A stretch of DNA of 64,000 nt from Ramazzottius varieornatus (Eukaryota; Animalia; Tardigrada): the NCBI GenBank assembly GCA_001949185.1, contig BDGG01000009.1, positions 1,229,624 to 1,293,623 of the forward strand, given 5' to 3'. The notes below the pieces were generated by a model, which searched no databases, had not been told where the DNA came from, and saw only the letters and a list, made by a program, of their open reading frames with translations. Positions 34,940-46,366 of the stretch are shown here, one piece after another. Both the position numbers and the translations under genes were made by a program. The stretch's first letter is position 1. Each line of letters begins with the position of its first letter.

Positions 34940-36164
34940 ATGGCAGCGTCGTTCGGTCCAGAAGTCGCTCGTCTCCATGATTTGAGGACGCTGCTGGTGC
35001 AACTTGATGTTTCGATGAACAGGATACTGGACGATATTCTCGTCTGCGACAACCAGACTGCGCTCAACAAGTTCTTGCAGAAGGCAAGACAGATCTACAC
35101 GAGAGCGGACAGTCAACTGGAGGTACTGTTACTCTGTCGTCGGTGGATAATCAGCTGGGGAACGTTCCCATCGCTGCTTGCTCCGACATCAGAATCGCAC
35201 GTATCACATTGAAATCTGGAAATTCATGTTTTCCTTAGACGATGGAACTAACAGCCATGCAGATCCTTGATCATCGAGCGAGCGAAACTGCTCAGACTGA
35301 AGTCGAAGAAAGACGGAAGCAGTTCAAAACGTACGTTACAAATGTTCGGAATTTTATTGGACGTCGACAAATGGTATGCTCTGAATCGACATCTCAAGTG
35401 GCGCACGTGTCTATGGTAGTAAGTCAAGAGCGTGCGCCACTTGGGAAAACGATCCAAGTGAATCCATTTGCCCGAGTTCCCGTATCCTGTTGGTAACGTT
35501 GGTTCTGATCAGTAATTCGGAATTGTGGTACATTCACATTAGGTTCTTTTTCCCATAGTTTGAACCAGGAGATCAAGGTTGCCGTTGGTCAAAGAATGCT
35601 CGTCCTGGAGAGAAATCAGCGGCGTGAGCTGATCGGTAACGCCGCCGACTCTGCTTCGTCTAGTGCCACTGGGATTCGTTCCTTCGTCAAACAAGAAGTT
35701 CTCTTGCAGAACAACTCTGAAATGACCGAGAACCTTAGCCGAATTTCCAGGAACATTGCCAGACAGGTCGAGCAAAGCGAGGATACGATCAAAACTCTTG
35801 GTGGGTAATTTAACACATCTTCGATCTTCAGATGCCGTGAACGCTCGTTTCTTTCTTTACAGTCAGTTCATCGGAGACTCTGGGTAAAACAACCGACGAG
35901 TTTCAGAACATGGGCTCTCACATTCAGCAGGGGTCACGACTGATCGACAAGTACGATCGACGGCAACTGGCCGATAAAATCTTGATAGCTTTGGCTTTTG
36001 CGTTTTACTTCCTGGTCTGTGTATATATCATTAACGAACGGCTCTTTGGAGGCTTCAACTGGTTTTCGTTTTTCGTTGAGTTTTTCTTTCCGAATCAGGA
36101 AGAGTCTATCGACCTTATGACGCAGAGTTCCCCTCCTGCTACTTCGAAAGTGAAAGATTTGTAA
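34940..36164 (+). CDS. BNIP1: Sec20/BNIP1 ER-retrograde SNARE
   Basis: Four exons; EMTENLSRISRNIARQVEQSEDTIKTL|VSSSETLGKTTDEFQNMGSHIQQGSRLIDKYDRRQLADKILIALAFAFYFLVCVYIINERLF is the Sec20 SNARE motif plus TM anchor. Confidence 0.88.
35382..35481. repeat. Intronic palindromic element, locus 17 (1 unit; last copy in the window)
   Basis: CTCAAGTGGCGCAC-25-GTGCGCCACTTGGGAAAACGATCC in Sec20 intron ~35330-35558. Confidence 0.92.
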
Positions 36165-36209
36165 GGAGACTAATGGAGTCGAGGTGACGGTTCTGCTGAA
36201 GTATACTGA

Positions 36210-37207
36210 CAAGGGATTTACGCCAGTCCTGCCGCTCCGATTGTCAAACCACTATGACGGATGGATAGAGGAGAGTATGCTCTATTCTCTAAGGTTGGTA
36301 ACCAGTCCGAAACGGAATGCTGGACGTCACGACGGTCACGGGCATCGGAAGTGATGGTCCACAGCCACTCTCGCAGCGGTCTGACCCCTGCCAGAGTGGC
36401 TTTGGATGGTCCATCACCGCTGCAGTGTGCCGCCATGCTGTATCGCGACGTTAATTGCGATGTTGATTGACGAGAAGATGATCAGCAGATCGGCTGTATT
36501 TTCAAATTTGCAGCGGATCACAGACCTCACTGCGTTGAGCATACACGAAGGCAGGCCATCTGGTCCATGTTCGGAAATACAGTCGACCAGTTGATCATCG
36601 CGTTACGTCATCGTGGCACACGGCAGCGGTCAATCATCACTTCTGAAGCGCCGAGGCCCGTGGAGTCTTCAGGGGAGCAGCGGTGGACGGATGATTTTCT
36701 CAGTGAATTACTATACAGATTGCGAGCGAAAGCGCAGTAGCACAATTCGATACGCACAGGAATATCGTGATTTCATAGGAACAAGTTCGTCTCGTAGCCT
36801 CTGTGTTAAAAGATGTTTACATATGATGTCACGATGTTCCTGTGCGTATCGAATTGTGCTAAGTTAGTGCGCTTTCGCTAGCAATCTGTCGATCAATATT
36901 TTTCACATGAAAAAAATATCGGTTTGAATATCCTTCGAACACCAGTTCTCTTGTTCAGTAAGGTGAATCTGCGCCCTGATGACAAAATTGGTCGTTCTAA
37001 TAGTTCATGCCTAGTTATACGTGACAGCGGAGAACATCTCGATTATTAGGCTGAGAATTGAGAAAATCATCCGTCCACCGCTGCCCTGCAGTTCCAGCAT
37101 TCCGTTTAGGACTGGTTACCTATCTTCAAAAATAGAGCAGACTCTCCCCTATCCATCCGTCATAAAGGTTTGAGAATCGGCGCGGCGGGACTGGCGTAAA
37201 TCCCTTG
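36210..37207. mobile_element. Non-autonomous TIR element (~150-bp arms) with a second inverted-repeat element nested in its left arm (~36327-36665)
   Basis: CAAGGGATTTACGCCAGTCC ... GGACTGGCGTAAATCCCTTG|TA. The left arm is interrupted after GAATGCTGGAC and resumes at CAGGGGAGCAGCGGTGGACGG; the insert has imperfect inverted ends (GGAAGTGATG / CATCACTTCT). Confidence 0.8.
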
Positions 37208-37574
37208 TAAGAACTCTGGCTGTTTCGTACCACATTTGAAAATCAGAGCCTTATCCTGTAGTTCTGTACTGGTGCTGAACGAATTCAGAACCATCTGCAA
37301 TCTGATATCCGATCAGCTGCTCCGTGTTCTTCGCTCTGGCGGATCTGTGAAAAAATCGGGCATTTCACTGGACCCATGTGGTTACGGAAAGTTTCGAGCT
37401 GTCGTCCTTTCTGTATAACACATCGCAACTATATGTCCGCATCCCACCTCCAAGACACGGCCTTTTTGCGTTCGATGCCTACAGAGCAAGCCAGGCGGAA
37501 CTCGTCCAGCAATTTGAAGCTTCTCCCAGCGTATGCAGCTATCCACTCTGCACCTTATCGTACTTTTATTGCAA

Positions 37575-39745
37575 ATGTCTTCTTCCCCACAAGATGGGGA
37601 CGATCATTCATCGTATTTTGGTGTGCATCGCAGACAAGGCTCCTTCACGAAGGAGTTTCCTGAACTGCCCATTTTGGAGTTTGATTCTCGGGGAGACGAA
37701 ATCAGTGCAGACGTCCCAAAGTTGAGGTAACCGCAAAACAACAACAGCAGCATTTACGACAGCAGTATAGCAGTATAACGAGATTTTCATGTCATTGTAT
37801 CCGAACATATGCTTGGCCGTAGAATTCGCACTTGCACATGGAATCTGGCAGGAAAGTCCCCCCGAGACGACTTTACCCATCTACTGGGAATCCATCCTCC
37901 GGTAAAAGTGGCAACACCAGTAGTGAAAGAGTTTGCAGATAGCTTGTCGGAGAACCTATATGGACAAGGTGAAGCTCCAGCAGTGCACGCGGAAGCGGAA
38001 GAGGCCGATGTTCTGGCTATCGGGTACCATAATAAATACTACCTCTCTGTTTAAAACGGATGATAATGTGCATAGTGGAGGAAATATGGTGATGTTGGTT
38101 TTTTCCAGATTTCAGGAACTGAGCAGTAACCCTGTGGCCCCTGTGATGGAGACGGTGGTTATGTCGGAGATATGGACATCCACCCTACGAAAAATCTTGT
38201 CCAGCAGAGACTACGTCCTACTGCAAACAATACGGTTACAAGGCATTTTATTATTGTGTTTCTGCAAAAGTCAACACCTGAGGCATGTTAGAAACTTGGA
38301 TACATCTTACCTTCGGCTTGGGGCTTCCGGTTGGTGGGTACGTACGCATGTCTTCATCTTGTCCATTCAGTACGTATAGTGAGTAAGAGCAGTATGTGTG
38401 GCACTGTCGAATGACGTTCATGTGGCTCTTTTAGGGCAACAAAGGAGCTGTGGGTATCAGCTTCGATGTTCGCGGTGTTTCCGTGTGCTTCGTCAACTCG
38501 CATCTCTCGCCACATGACCACGCTTTCGAGGAGCGAGTGCGGGTGAGCCATAAAGCCAGAGGCGGGATTTTCACGTCCTGTTGGGATTCCATAGCACTTA
38601 CGATAACAGTCTAATCTTTTACAGAACTACAGACAGGTTCTGGCTGATCTGAGCTTCTCCTCGGTACGGACGGATGTCTCGACCATTTTGGAACACGAGT
38701 AAGAAACAATTGTATTTGCACTGGGAAGCCCCTGTGCACGACTTGTCTTTCTCACAGCTATGCCTTCTGGCTGGGAGATTTCAACTTCCGCATCGAAGGC
38801 ATCAGCCAGGACAAGACACTCCATTACATAGAGGCACTGAAATGGCCGAAACTTCTCAAGCACGATCAACTACGGCGAGCGGCCCATATGAGTGGAGCTT
38901 TTAGTACATTTAAAGAGGGCAAGATAGAATTTCCTCCTACGTACAAGTTTGTTCAGGGAACAGACACGTATGACATGAGGTACCGTTTTTACACATGTCC
39001 ACTCAACAAATGTGCGGGCTGGATAAGTTTCATTTTGGTGCTTATAGAAATCCAGCAAAGATAAGGCGTCCCTCTTACTGTGACCGTATTTTATGGAGAA
39101 CGAGGAACGCCTCGAAAAAGGCTCAACTCATAGAATACAGGAGCCATATGGAGTACAACATTTCGGATCACAAGCCCGTGACAGCAGTCTTCGAGATCGC
39201 TGTAAGGTGGCTGAAATCTCTCTCTACATACTGTGTACTAGAATGACAAGCAGTTTGGAATATCTGTCTCTAGCTCGGCTCGGACAAGGAGCAGTTCGTG
39301 GTGTTCGATCCTATCGACAGGTCAGTCTGGTGGGAAGCGTCTTGCAGTTTCTCCTCCCAACTCTGTATCACAGGGACGTATCGCTTTTTGGCTGCAGATG
39401 GTACATCGGTGAAAACGGATATTTCAGATACTCTGCCAAACCAGGACTATATTATTCTTCGTGGGACTGGATTGGACTCTTCAAGGTATAAGGCACTAAT
39501 CACTACTCAAAATAGTAAGGGAACGGCGAATTTCAAACCTAATCCGTATCTTTCCCTAGACCACCTACACGTCCTTCAGCGATTACGTGACATGGCTGTG
39601 GACACCCGGCGGGAAAGCCGACAACCTGGGATGTATAAATGGCAGGTACATCACCAAAACTGGCAGATTCCTCCTCATCTACTTCAGCTCGGAGCACAGA
39701 TGCGGCGTAGGCTTTTCTGACCCTTTCGAGATAACTTCAGTCTAG
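37575..39745 (+). CDS. INPP5K: Inositol polyphosphate 5-phosphatase, INPP5K/INPP5J type with C-terminal SKICH domain
   Basis: IRTCTWNLAG, IG|FQEL, GWW|GNKGAV, CFVNSHL, FWLGDFNFRI, FPPTYKF, PSYCDRILW, ISDHKPV; SKICH WDWIGLFK...DYVTWLW...GFSDPFEI*. Start codon approximate. Confidence 0.88.
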
Positions 39746-39958
39746 TCAAAAATGTCAGTATATATGCAGATCTACTCTGTTCTTGTGCATCGCTCATGTT
39801 TTCTGTAAATTCTTATTTGATGAGACTACCATGTTCAAAAGCGCCTTTATGACACGGCGGAGCAGCTCTGCTGTCCACCATTCCACTTGTATTACTCCTT
39901 TGTTTTTGTGCTTTCGCCCTATCTGTGAAAACACTTCAGTTCAAGAAAAAGACAAGTT

Positions 39959-42900
39959 TCACTTTTTTTGAAGTAGACTCTGGAAATACGAGTTATCCTT
40001 CTTTGATGGGAGAAGAGGCGCAGAGGGAAGCGCGGCGGTTCCAGTGGAGCCTTGAGCGCTGGAAGGAAGGTCCGATGGAGATGGTCGATCACTGCCGTTT
40101 CTTAAAGAGACGCTACGAGGCTGGAGTTGAACATGACTTTTAGACTTGCGAGCTCTGGAAAAAGGAGGAACATTTAGCCTATAAGACCCGACGATCCTTG
40201 CATGCTCACGGCTCGTACTCTGCCGAAAGCGATGCTGCGGTCCCCGTCCTCTTGGTGCTGACCTCCTGCGCTGCCCGGTGACTTTGCGCCGGTGGGTTGC
40301 TGATGGCCACAACCATCCTTCTCCCGTGCAACTCAGTGTCATTCGTACCTTCCATGGCCTTTGCGGCGCTTGCCTAAATCACACAAAACACGTCATGTCA
40401 TAAGAGAACCGACAATGCGAAGCGATTGGTGGGACAGTTGGTACGTACCGCGTCGGCGAACTGAACGTAAGCGAAGCCTTTGCACTTTCCACTTCTGTTC
40501 AAGACGATGTCCACTTTCTGCATCTTCTCAAACTACAACGTGGACACGAATGGTGGATTAAGACTTGTCTACTGTGCGACGGCATAACTATGACGATGGC
40601 ATACCTTGCTGAAAATATCCATCAGCTGCGGCTCCGTGACATTGGCATGGAGGTTCTTGACAAACAACTTGTTCCTCGTTTCTCCCGGCCCGCAACCTCT
40701 GTAAAAGTTTTCCCGCTGTCCCTCTTTCTCGATAAAGACTGGTCGGCCAGCCAACTCTTGGCGATCCATGGCTACGGCTTTGGCCACACTGTCGGCCTTC
40801 ACAAACTCAACATAACAGAAGCCACGAGAGACATTCTTCTTTCGAGCGTCTTTAGCGAAGCGAATGTCTTTAATCTCCCCTATCTACAAAGCCAAAGGAC
40901 ATGACGGTGTATTCGGTATATTATGTGCTGGACGCCCACACTTGAACTGAAAACACAGTGCATTCATGGAAAGACAGACGTACCGGTGTAAAGAAGTCAA
41001 AAATGGCTTCTTCCTTGACATCATAGTTCAAGTTCTTCAGGATGACGGTGCGTTCCGTTTTGGCTCCAACTGGTTCCAGTGGGGAGAAAGTTAGCTTACG
41101 AGTGTGAGCAGCCGAAGCAAGGGCGCCGTTGGGAAGACTGGTGCCGCTGGGTGGCTTCAGGGGAATGTCGGGGACTTTGAATTCTCCGCCATTGGGGTGG
41201 GCTGCTTTGGGCACGTCTTCGGCTCGCTACAAATCAAAGACTGGTCAGAGTAGAAGTGGTTGTGATCGTAGCCTTTGCAAGCCAAAGTCGATAGATGGAC
41301 TGATACCTTGCGTTTTCCATCCTGGCCATCCTCCTCACGTGCGTGCTGCAAACATACACGGAGAATCAAGATAGTTGCTTGTCTAAGCAATGGCGCGATG
41401 TCACTGCCTATAATCCGCCGGACCACTCTTCACACAACATTCTTACTGTACACTGGACATCATACCTGGCGTTTGGCTCTTTCTGGCCTTTCTTCCTCGT
41501 CCTCGACATCTGGTCGATTTCGAAAGTTCTTACGAGGAGCAGACTGTTTGGCTTCCTCTTGGAGACGAACCTATAAAGGCAACTTGGGAGTCAATGACAA
41601 AAGATTGGGCAGCATGGTTATGCTCAAAGCGCAAGCCATGTGCAGCTGCTGACCTTCTCCAGTTTCGCCAGCCGATCGGCAATTCTCTTCAACGAAGTGC
41701 GACAGGTATCCTGCATATCCATCAGCGTCTCGATCGTTCCGGCCTCCAACTCGAATTCTGACCATTTCTGAACAACCGCCTCTTGATCATCCAAGTTTCG
41801 CCTCATGCAACTGGCCAAAACTTTGCGGCACGACTTGTCGTCACCGTACCTCCTGCAAACCATCTAGGCGTTAGATTAACCTCATACAAAAAATTACAAA
41901 TGCCACTGAGTTAACAGTCAAAGTCAAGGTCCACCTCTCGAAACTGATATATTCCAGCCACAGCTTGCTCGAATGCTGAAAGCTCTTCATGACAGACTCC
42001 CACAAGTCCCGCCCTTTAGCCAGGTTGTCCAAGGTCTCGGCTTCCACCGTGGCCCAGTATCGCTCAATCCTCTTCTCCACATCCATTTCTGCAACATATC
42101 ATAGGCTATCACACAGATGGATATCCTTCCACTGTTAGACAATGATTCGGGTATAAAAGTTATTAACGTTCAACCTTGCAGCTCTGCCAGCGCTTCAGCA
42201 AAGGCCCGTCGCAAGTCGAGCACATGCGGATGGTCGATGGTGTCACTCAGTGGACTTGATATCAGCTTGCGTTTGAGGAAACTCAAGTAGGCCAACCAGA
42301 TATCCACTACCTGCGAAGGAAGGGAACAGATCTCCCCCTTGATGCGGAGAAACAAGCCTGCAACCAAGACTCGATTGTCATCACTGTCACCCCCCATGGC
42401 ATCCTCCAGCTAACCCTACTTTTCATAAAGGTATCGTCGGCTTTGTGGAGTTCGGCCGCCCGGAAGTAGCTGATCCACAGTTCGAAAGACCAGGGAATAT
42501 TCCGTACGGATCGCTCGTGAGTGGCCAGCGACTGGGTGGCGGAACAGGCTGGACGCATCTGTCGATCCTGTAAAACAAAGTCAAGTATACTTGTGTTGCC
42601 TTGTTACACAATGCCCTGAACATCAGTAAGGAGATACTGACTATGTAATAAAGGTAACGGCTCCACAGTTCACTGGACAAGCAATAATTGACCATGGCTC
42701 TTTCAAACAGCGTCACAATAGCTCTTCCACTGCGCTTGGCGGTACTTTCATGGTCAATATAGGCCATGAAGACTCGATAGCGGTTGCTATCGTCGGCTTC
42801 CACCAGCTGCAGTTCAAAGGGCAGCATCTCTTCCAATTGCTTCTTGGCTTTGTTGAAATTGGCCTCAGTCTCGGCATCGGGATTTCCGCCGACAAAGTCC

Positions 42901-43930
42901 AAAAACTCTTTGTAAGTATCCTCAATTCCTAACAGAAAACCATGCCAAGCGTGCTAGACAGTTAGTTCAAGAACCACAAAAGGATCGATAGAGTAAGCCA
43001 AGTGCTTGCAGGTGCCAAATCTTTACCTATCAATGGACACCTGAGCTGGCGCTTGAAAAGGCTCAGAACATTCTGCCGCTGCTTCTCGTACAACAGCTTG
43101 GCCTCCTCGGACTGTTCCGCAGCTGCAGCTAGAGCTGCTAGGTAAGCTTGCTCCATGGCTCGGTAATCGTCCCATAACTGCTTGCCTTCGGTCGTGTGGT
43201 AGCGCATCTCCTCCAGGGCGCGCTCAAACACCTTTCGAACGGGGGCGATGGCTTCTTCACTGCTGAAATCTTCCGTTATGAATAACGCGTAGTTCTGCCA
43301 AAGCTCCACAGCTGTGGAAAGAAACAACGTACACATGAGATGGTGCCAGATTTGAGGAAAGGATCTACGGCAAGATGTTCTCACATACACCAATAGTCTT
43401 TGACGGCTCTTTCGTATAAGCTAACAATGGCGGCCACTTCGTTCTGGTTGTCTTTGTCGTGCAGCCTCGTCTCATCGGCAATCCAAGATCTCCATAGTTC
43501 TGTCAAATGTATACAATAACCTCAGCTCAAAACTCATAACAAAAACGAGTCTAACGACGTAGGACAGAAATGGTCAAAAAAGCGTACCGGAAGTGAGGGG
43601 GAATATTTCGCTCATTCGTTGTCGAGCAGCCCGTAGAATGTCTAGTTCGGCACACTTTTTCGCTTGGTTGATGAGGAGGGTGTGGGAATCATAATCAAAG
43701 GGATCGGCTGTTACCTGCAAAAAGAGATAAATCAGACATGTTCACCGAGTTCGTAACCGCAAGACCGATGGAAACAACTGCCGATCACCTACAGCATCTT
43801 GCAACTGCTGAAGCTTGGCGGCTTCGTGCTCTTCATCAACTTCCTCCTCACTGGCCGAGCTTTCTTCCTCGTCGTCTTCTTCCATTTCAGCATCCCCATC
43901 GACTTCCTGATCCATTTCGTTGTCATCCAT
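39959..43930 (-). CDS. SART3: SART3/Tip110/Prp24 U6 snRNP recycling factor (HAT repeats, 2 RRMs, LSm-interaction tail)
   Basis: Acidic N-terminus; HAT repeats (VRKVFERAL...GKQLWDDYR, ERSVRNIPWSFELW); RRMs (TVILKNLNYDV, KLFVKNLHANVTE); C-terminal KKDNSYFQSLLQKK*. Confidence 0.9.
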
Positions 43931-44118
43931 TACCTCGATGGTTTACCACGAAACCGTCAGGGCTGCTGAAATCACCTTCCACGATGAACACCTAGCAGCG
44001 TTCGACGCACACAAGCACAATCCTTGTGACAATTATCTTGGGTTCCTTCCAACCCCACCCAGCCAAAGGACTTCCGCAATCCGCACGAAATCAAAGTTTC
44101 AAACTCCCGAAAGGGCTC

Positions 44119-44463
44119 GCGGATCAGATCCACCCAGCGTTGGACGGACGATCTAGCCAGTCTAACATCGAAAATAACGCAGTTGTCTTGTGCGACCTGC
44201 CACAAACGAAGAGGTTTATTGGAAATATTGATCCATCGTTTCACGGCTTTAAGTTGAGCTGTACTTGATCTTGGATGTTAAAAAAGGAAAATTTATACCG
44301 TAAGCTTTTGACGTGTTTTTCCTTGTTTAGATTTGTCTTTCTTCTTTTTGGAAACTGAATATTATCTTGAATAAAGTGTGGACTTGATCTTGGAGAGCTG
44401 TTCTGTGTTAACGGTGCTTCACTGTCTAAATCACCCGTCCAACGCTGGATTGATCATCCACCC
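44119..44463. mobile_element. MITE-like element with imperfect ~65-bp inverted ends just upstream of SART3
   Basis: CCAGCGTTGGACGGACGATCTAG ... CTAAATCACCCGTCCAACGCTGG. Confidence 0.55.
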
Positions 44464-46351
44464 GAATTCCGACACAGTGCAGCCTGGAGCACCCAGGCGC
44501 TCGCCACAGCAGTAATACACAAATGTGATACCGTTGCTGCGTTCGCTTGATTGATCGAAGAAACAGATATCTCTCCGATACTGTAACCTATTGATCGCAA
44601 TTTCGCTCTTGTTTCATCGTCATTGATAAGTACGGTCCAGCGGAAGTGTCTGCTTTTCGGTAATTGCGTCAGGCAGGAACATGAACGTTGGAGTATAACC
44701 AACATCGGATTGTTTGTGATGGACTACGAGTACTATTCCCCAAACCGGATGACACTGGAACGAGTTTTGACCCCCTAAGTCCCTGTTCAAAGTAGCATGT
44801 GTACGGGAAGCCTCCGTTTGTTTAAAACACCGAAACCTCGGATTGCCGGAACTGATAACCATGGTATGTTAAGCGATCTGGAACCTGTCTTTTCGAATGG
44901 TGTATCATTGTCTCATCAATGATCCTCCTTGAATTGCAAATAGTGCGTGGTTTCGTGTTTCGAAGTGCTTTGCTTTTAGAAACTTCCCAAGTATTGGGGA
45001 GGCCTCGAATTCGACGGGCGAGACTGGCGACGTCGTGGCCGACAACGCCGTGCTAAAGGAACGAATCGATATGGCGGCGCCACTACAGGTAACTTAAGCA
45101 GAAGCTTTTCGGTGTCAAACCTTACGACATGGCTCCTGTGGATGCCCGGAAGTCGGTTGTTTATCGCTTATGCAGATTTGTGGATGCCAGATTAGATGGA
45201 ACGGCCGGGTATCGGAACGGAAGATGATGCTGCTGGTGCGCGTTATTCTCGCGGTTCGCAAAAGCCTGAAGGCACTGACGGTAGGGACTAGTCCCAGAAG
45301 AGGCAAAACACGTGCTGGAAGGGTTTAGACCCTATCGCTACTCTTGTTTTACGGGTTCTCTGGGGTGTAAACCGTTTGGGCTTCGTAATCCCGATGAAGG
45401 GGGATCAGGGCGGAAGAAGGGATGGTACCACGCGGCAAAGAGAAAGAGGAAATGTTGGCCGGAGAACTGAGCAGCCAGCGCTGGACCGATGGGCCGATGG
45501 CACAGCCCTACTGCTCACAGGTACGTTTATGCAAAGTGAAGACGGAATTAAGAGTTGTCAGTGTTAGTAGGTTTGCAGCAGTGGCGCGTAGATAAGCAGT
45601 CACAGAAGACTTGTTAGATTTATGGTGCGGTTAACCACAACAGCATGGCGATGCAGACGTAATACATAATGGTCAGTCAGATGCGATGTGTGGCAGTCGG
45701 TCAGAAGAGGTTTTTGACCCGTGCTAGACTATACTTTATGCCCATCAATTATTCATCAGCAAAATGTCATGGTTTGACCGGCCAGCGAACTAGATTGTTG
45801 TTCGCTGGCCTGTCTCGTGTCATGGTCACCATCTGTATATACAGTGAGGGTACTTCCAGCTTGAACTTTCTGTGCTGCAGTTCCGGCCAACTTTTGGCTT
45901 TTTGCGCTTTGTCTCTTCACACTTTGTCTTCTCTGTCAGACCAACAGAGCCGGTTGTAGACATCACACGAGGCTCCTCAAGGGAGCTCGGTTCTTGGTGG
46001 AGCTCTTGTGAGGGACCGTGGCGTCAGCTAGGTAGGCGCATTTAGAGCTCGCCTCGTCCTTTCCCTCTGCAGTCTTCTATGAAGACCTATTGATCTATAT
46101 TCAAAGGTTCGAGCGCAAAACAGAGCAAACAAGCATGGTGTGTGTATGTTTGATAAGGGCTACCTTGACGTCAGGAAACCCAGACTGAACAAGCGGATAT
46201 AGCTATGAATCTCCAATAGCCCTATATCGATGGCTTACTTATGTGGGCAGTTCACAGAGCCTATATAGAGTATACCCGATAGTGTATATGTAGCGAGGTC
46301 GACACAGTGGTCGGGTTATTTTCTATGACATTGTCAACGTTGGACAAATAG

Positions 46352-46366
46352 TGACCTTTGTGACCT
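46352..46366 (-). promoter_or_regulatory. Perfect DR3 nuclear-receptor-type element (AGGTCA-caa-AGGTCA) upstream of the P450
   Basis: Plus strand reads TGACCT-TTG-TGACCT, ~1.8 kb upstream of the CYP ATG. Function is inferred. Confidence 0.4.

Noticed and set aside
1490-35558. Palindromic elements as introners that created the introns
   Set aside because: Elements sit internally with ordinary intron sequence and independent GT/AG sites on either side. Their ends do not supply the splice sites.
45070-45095. ATGGCGGCGCCACTACAG|GTAACT as a first coding exon
   Set aside because: No downstream exon could be linked with confidence; it could be an alternative CYP leader or chance.
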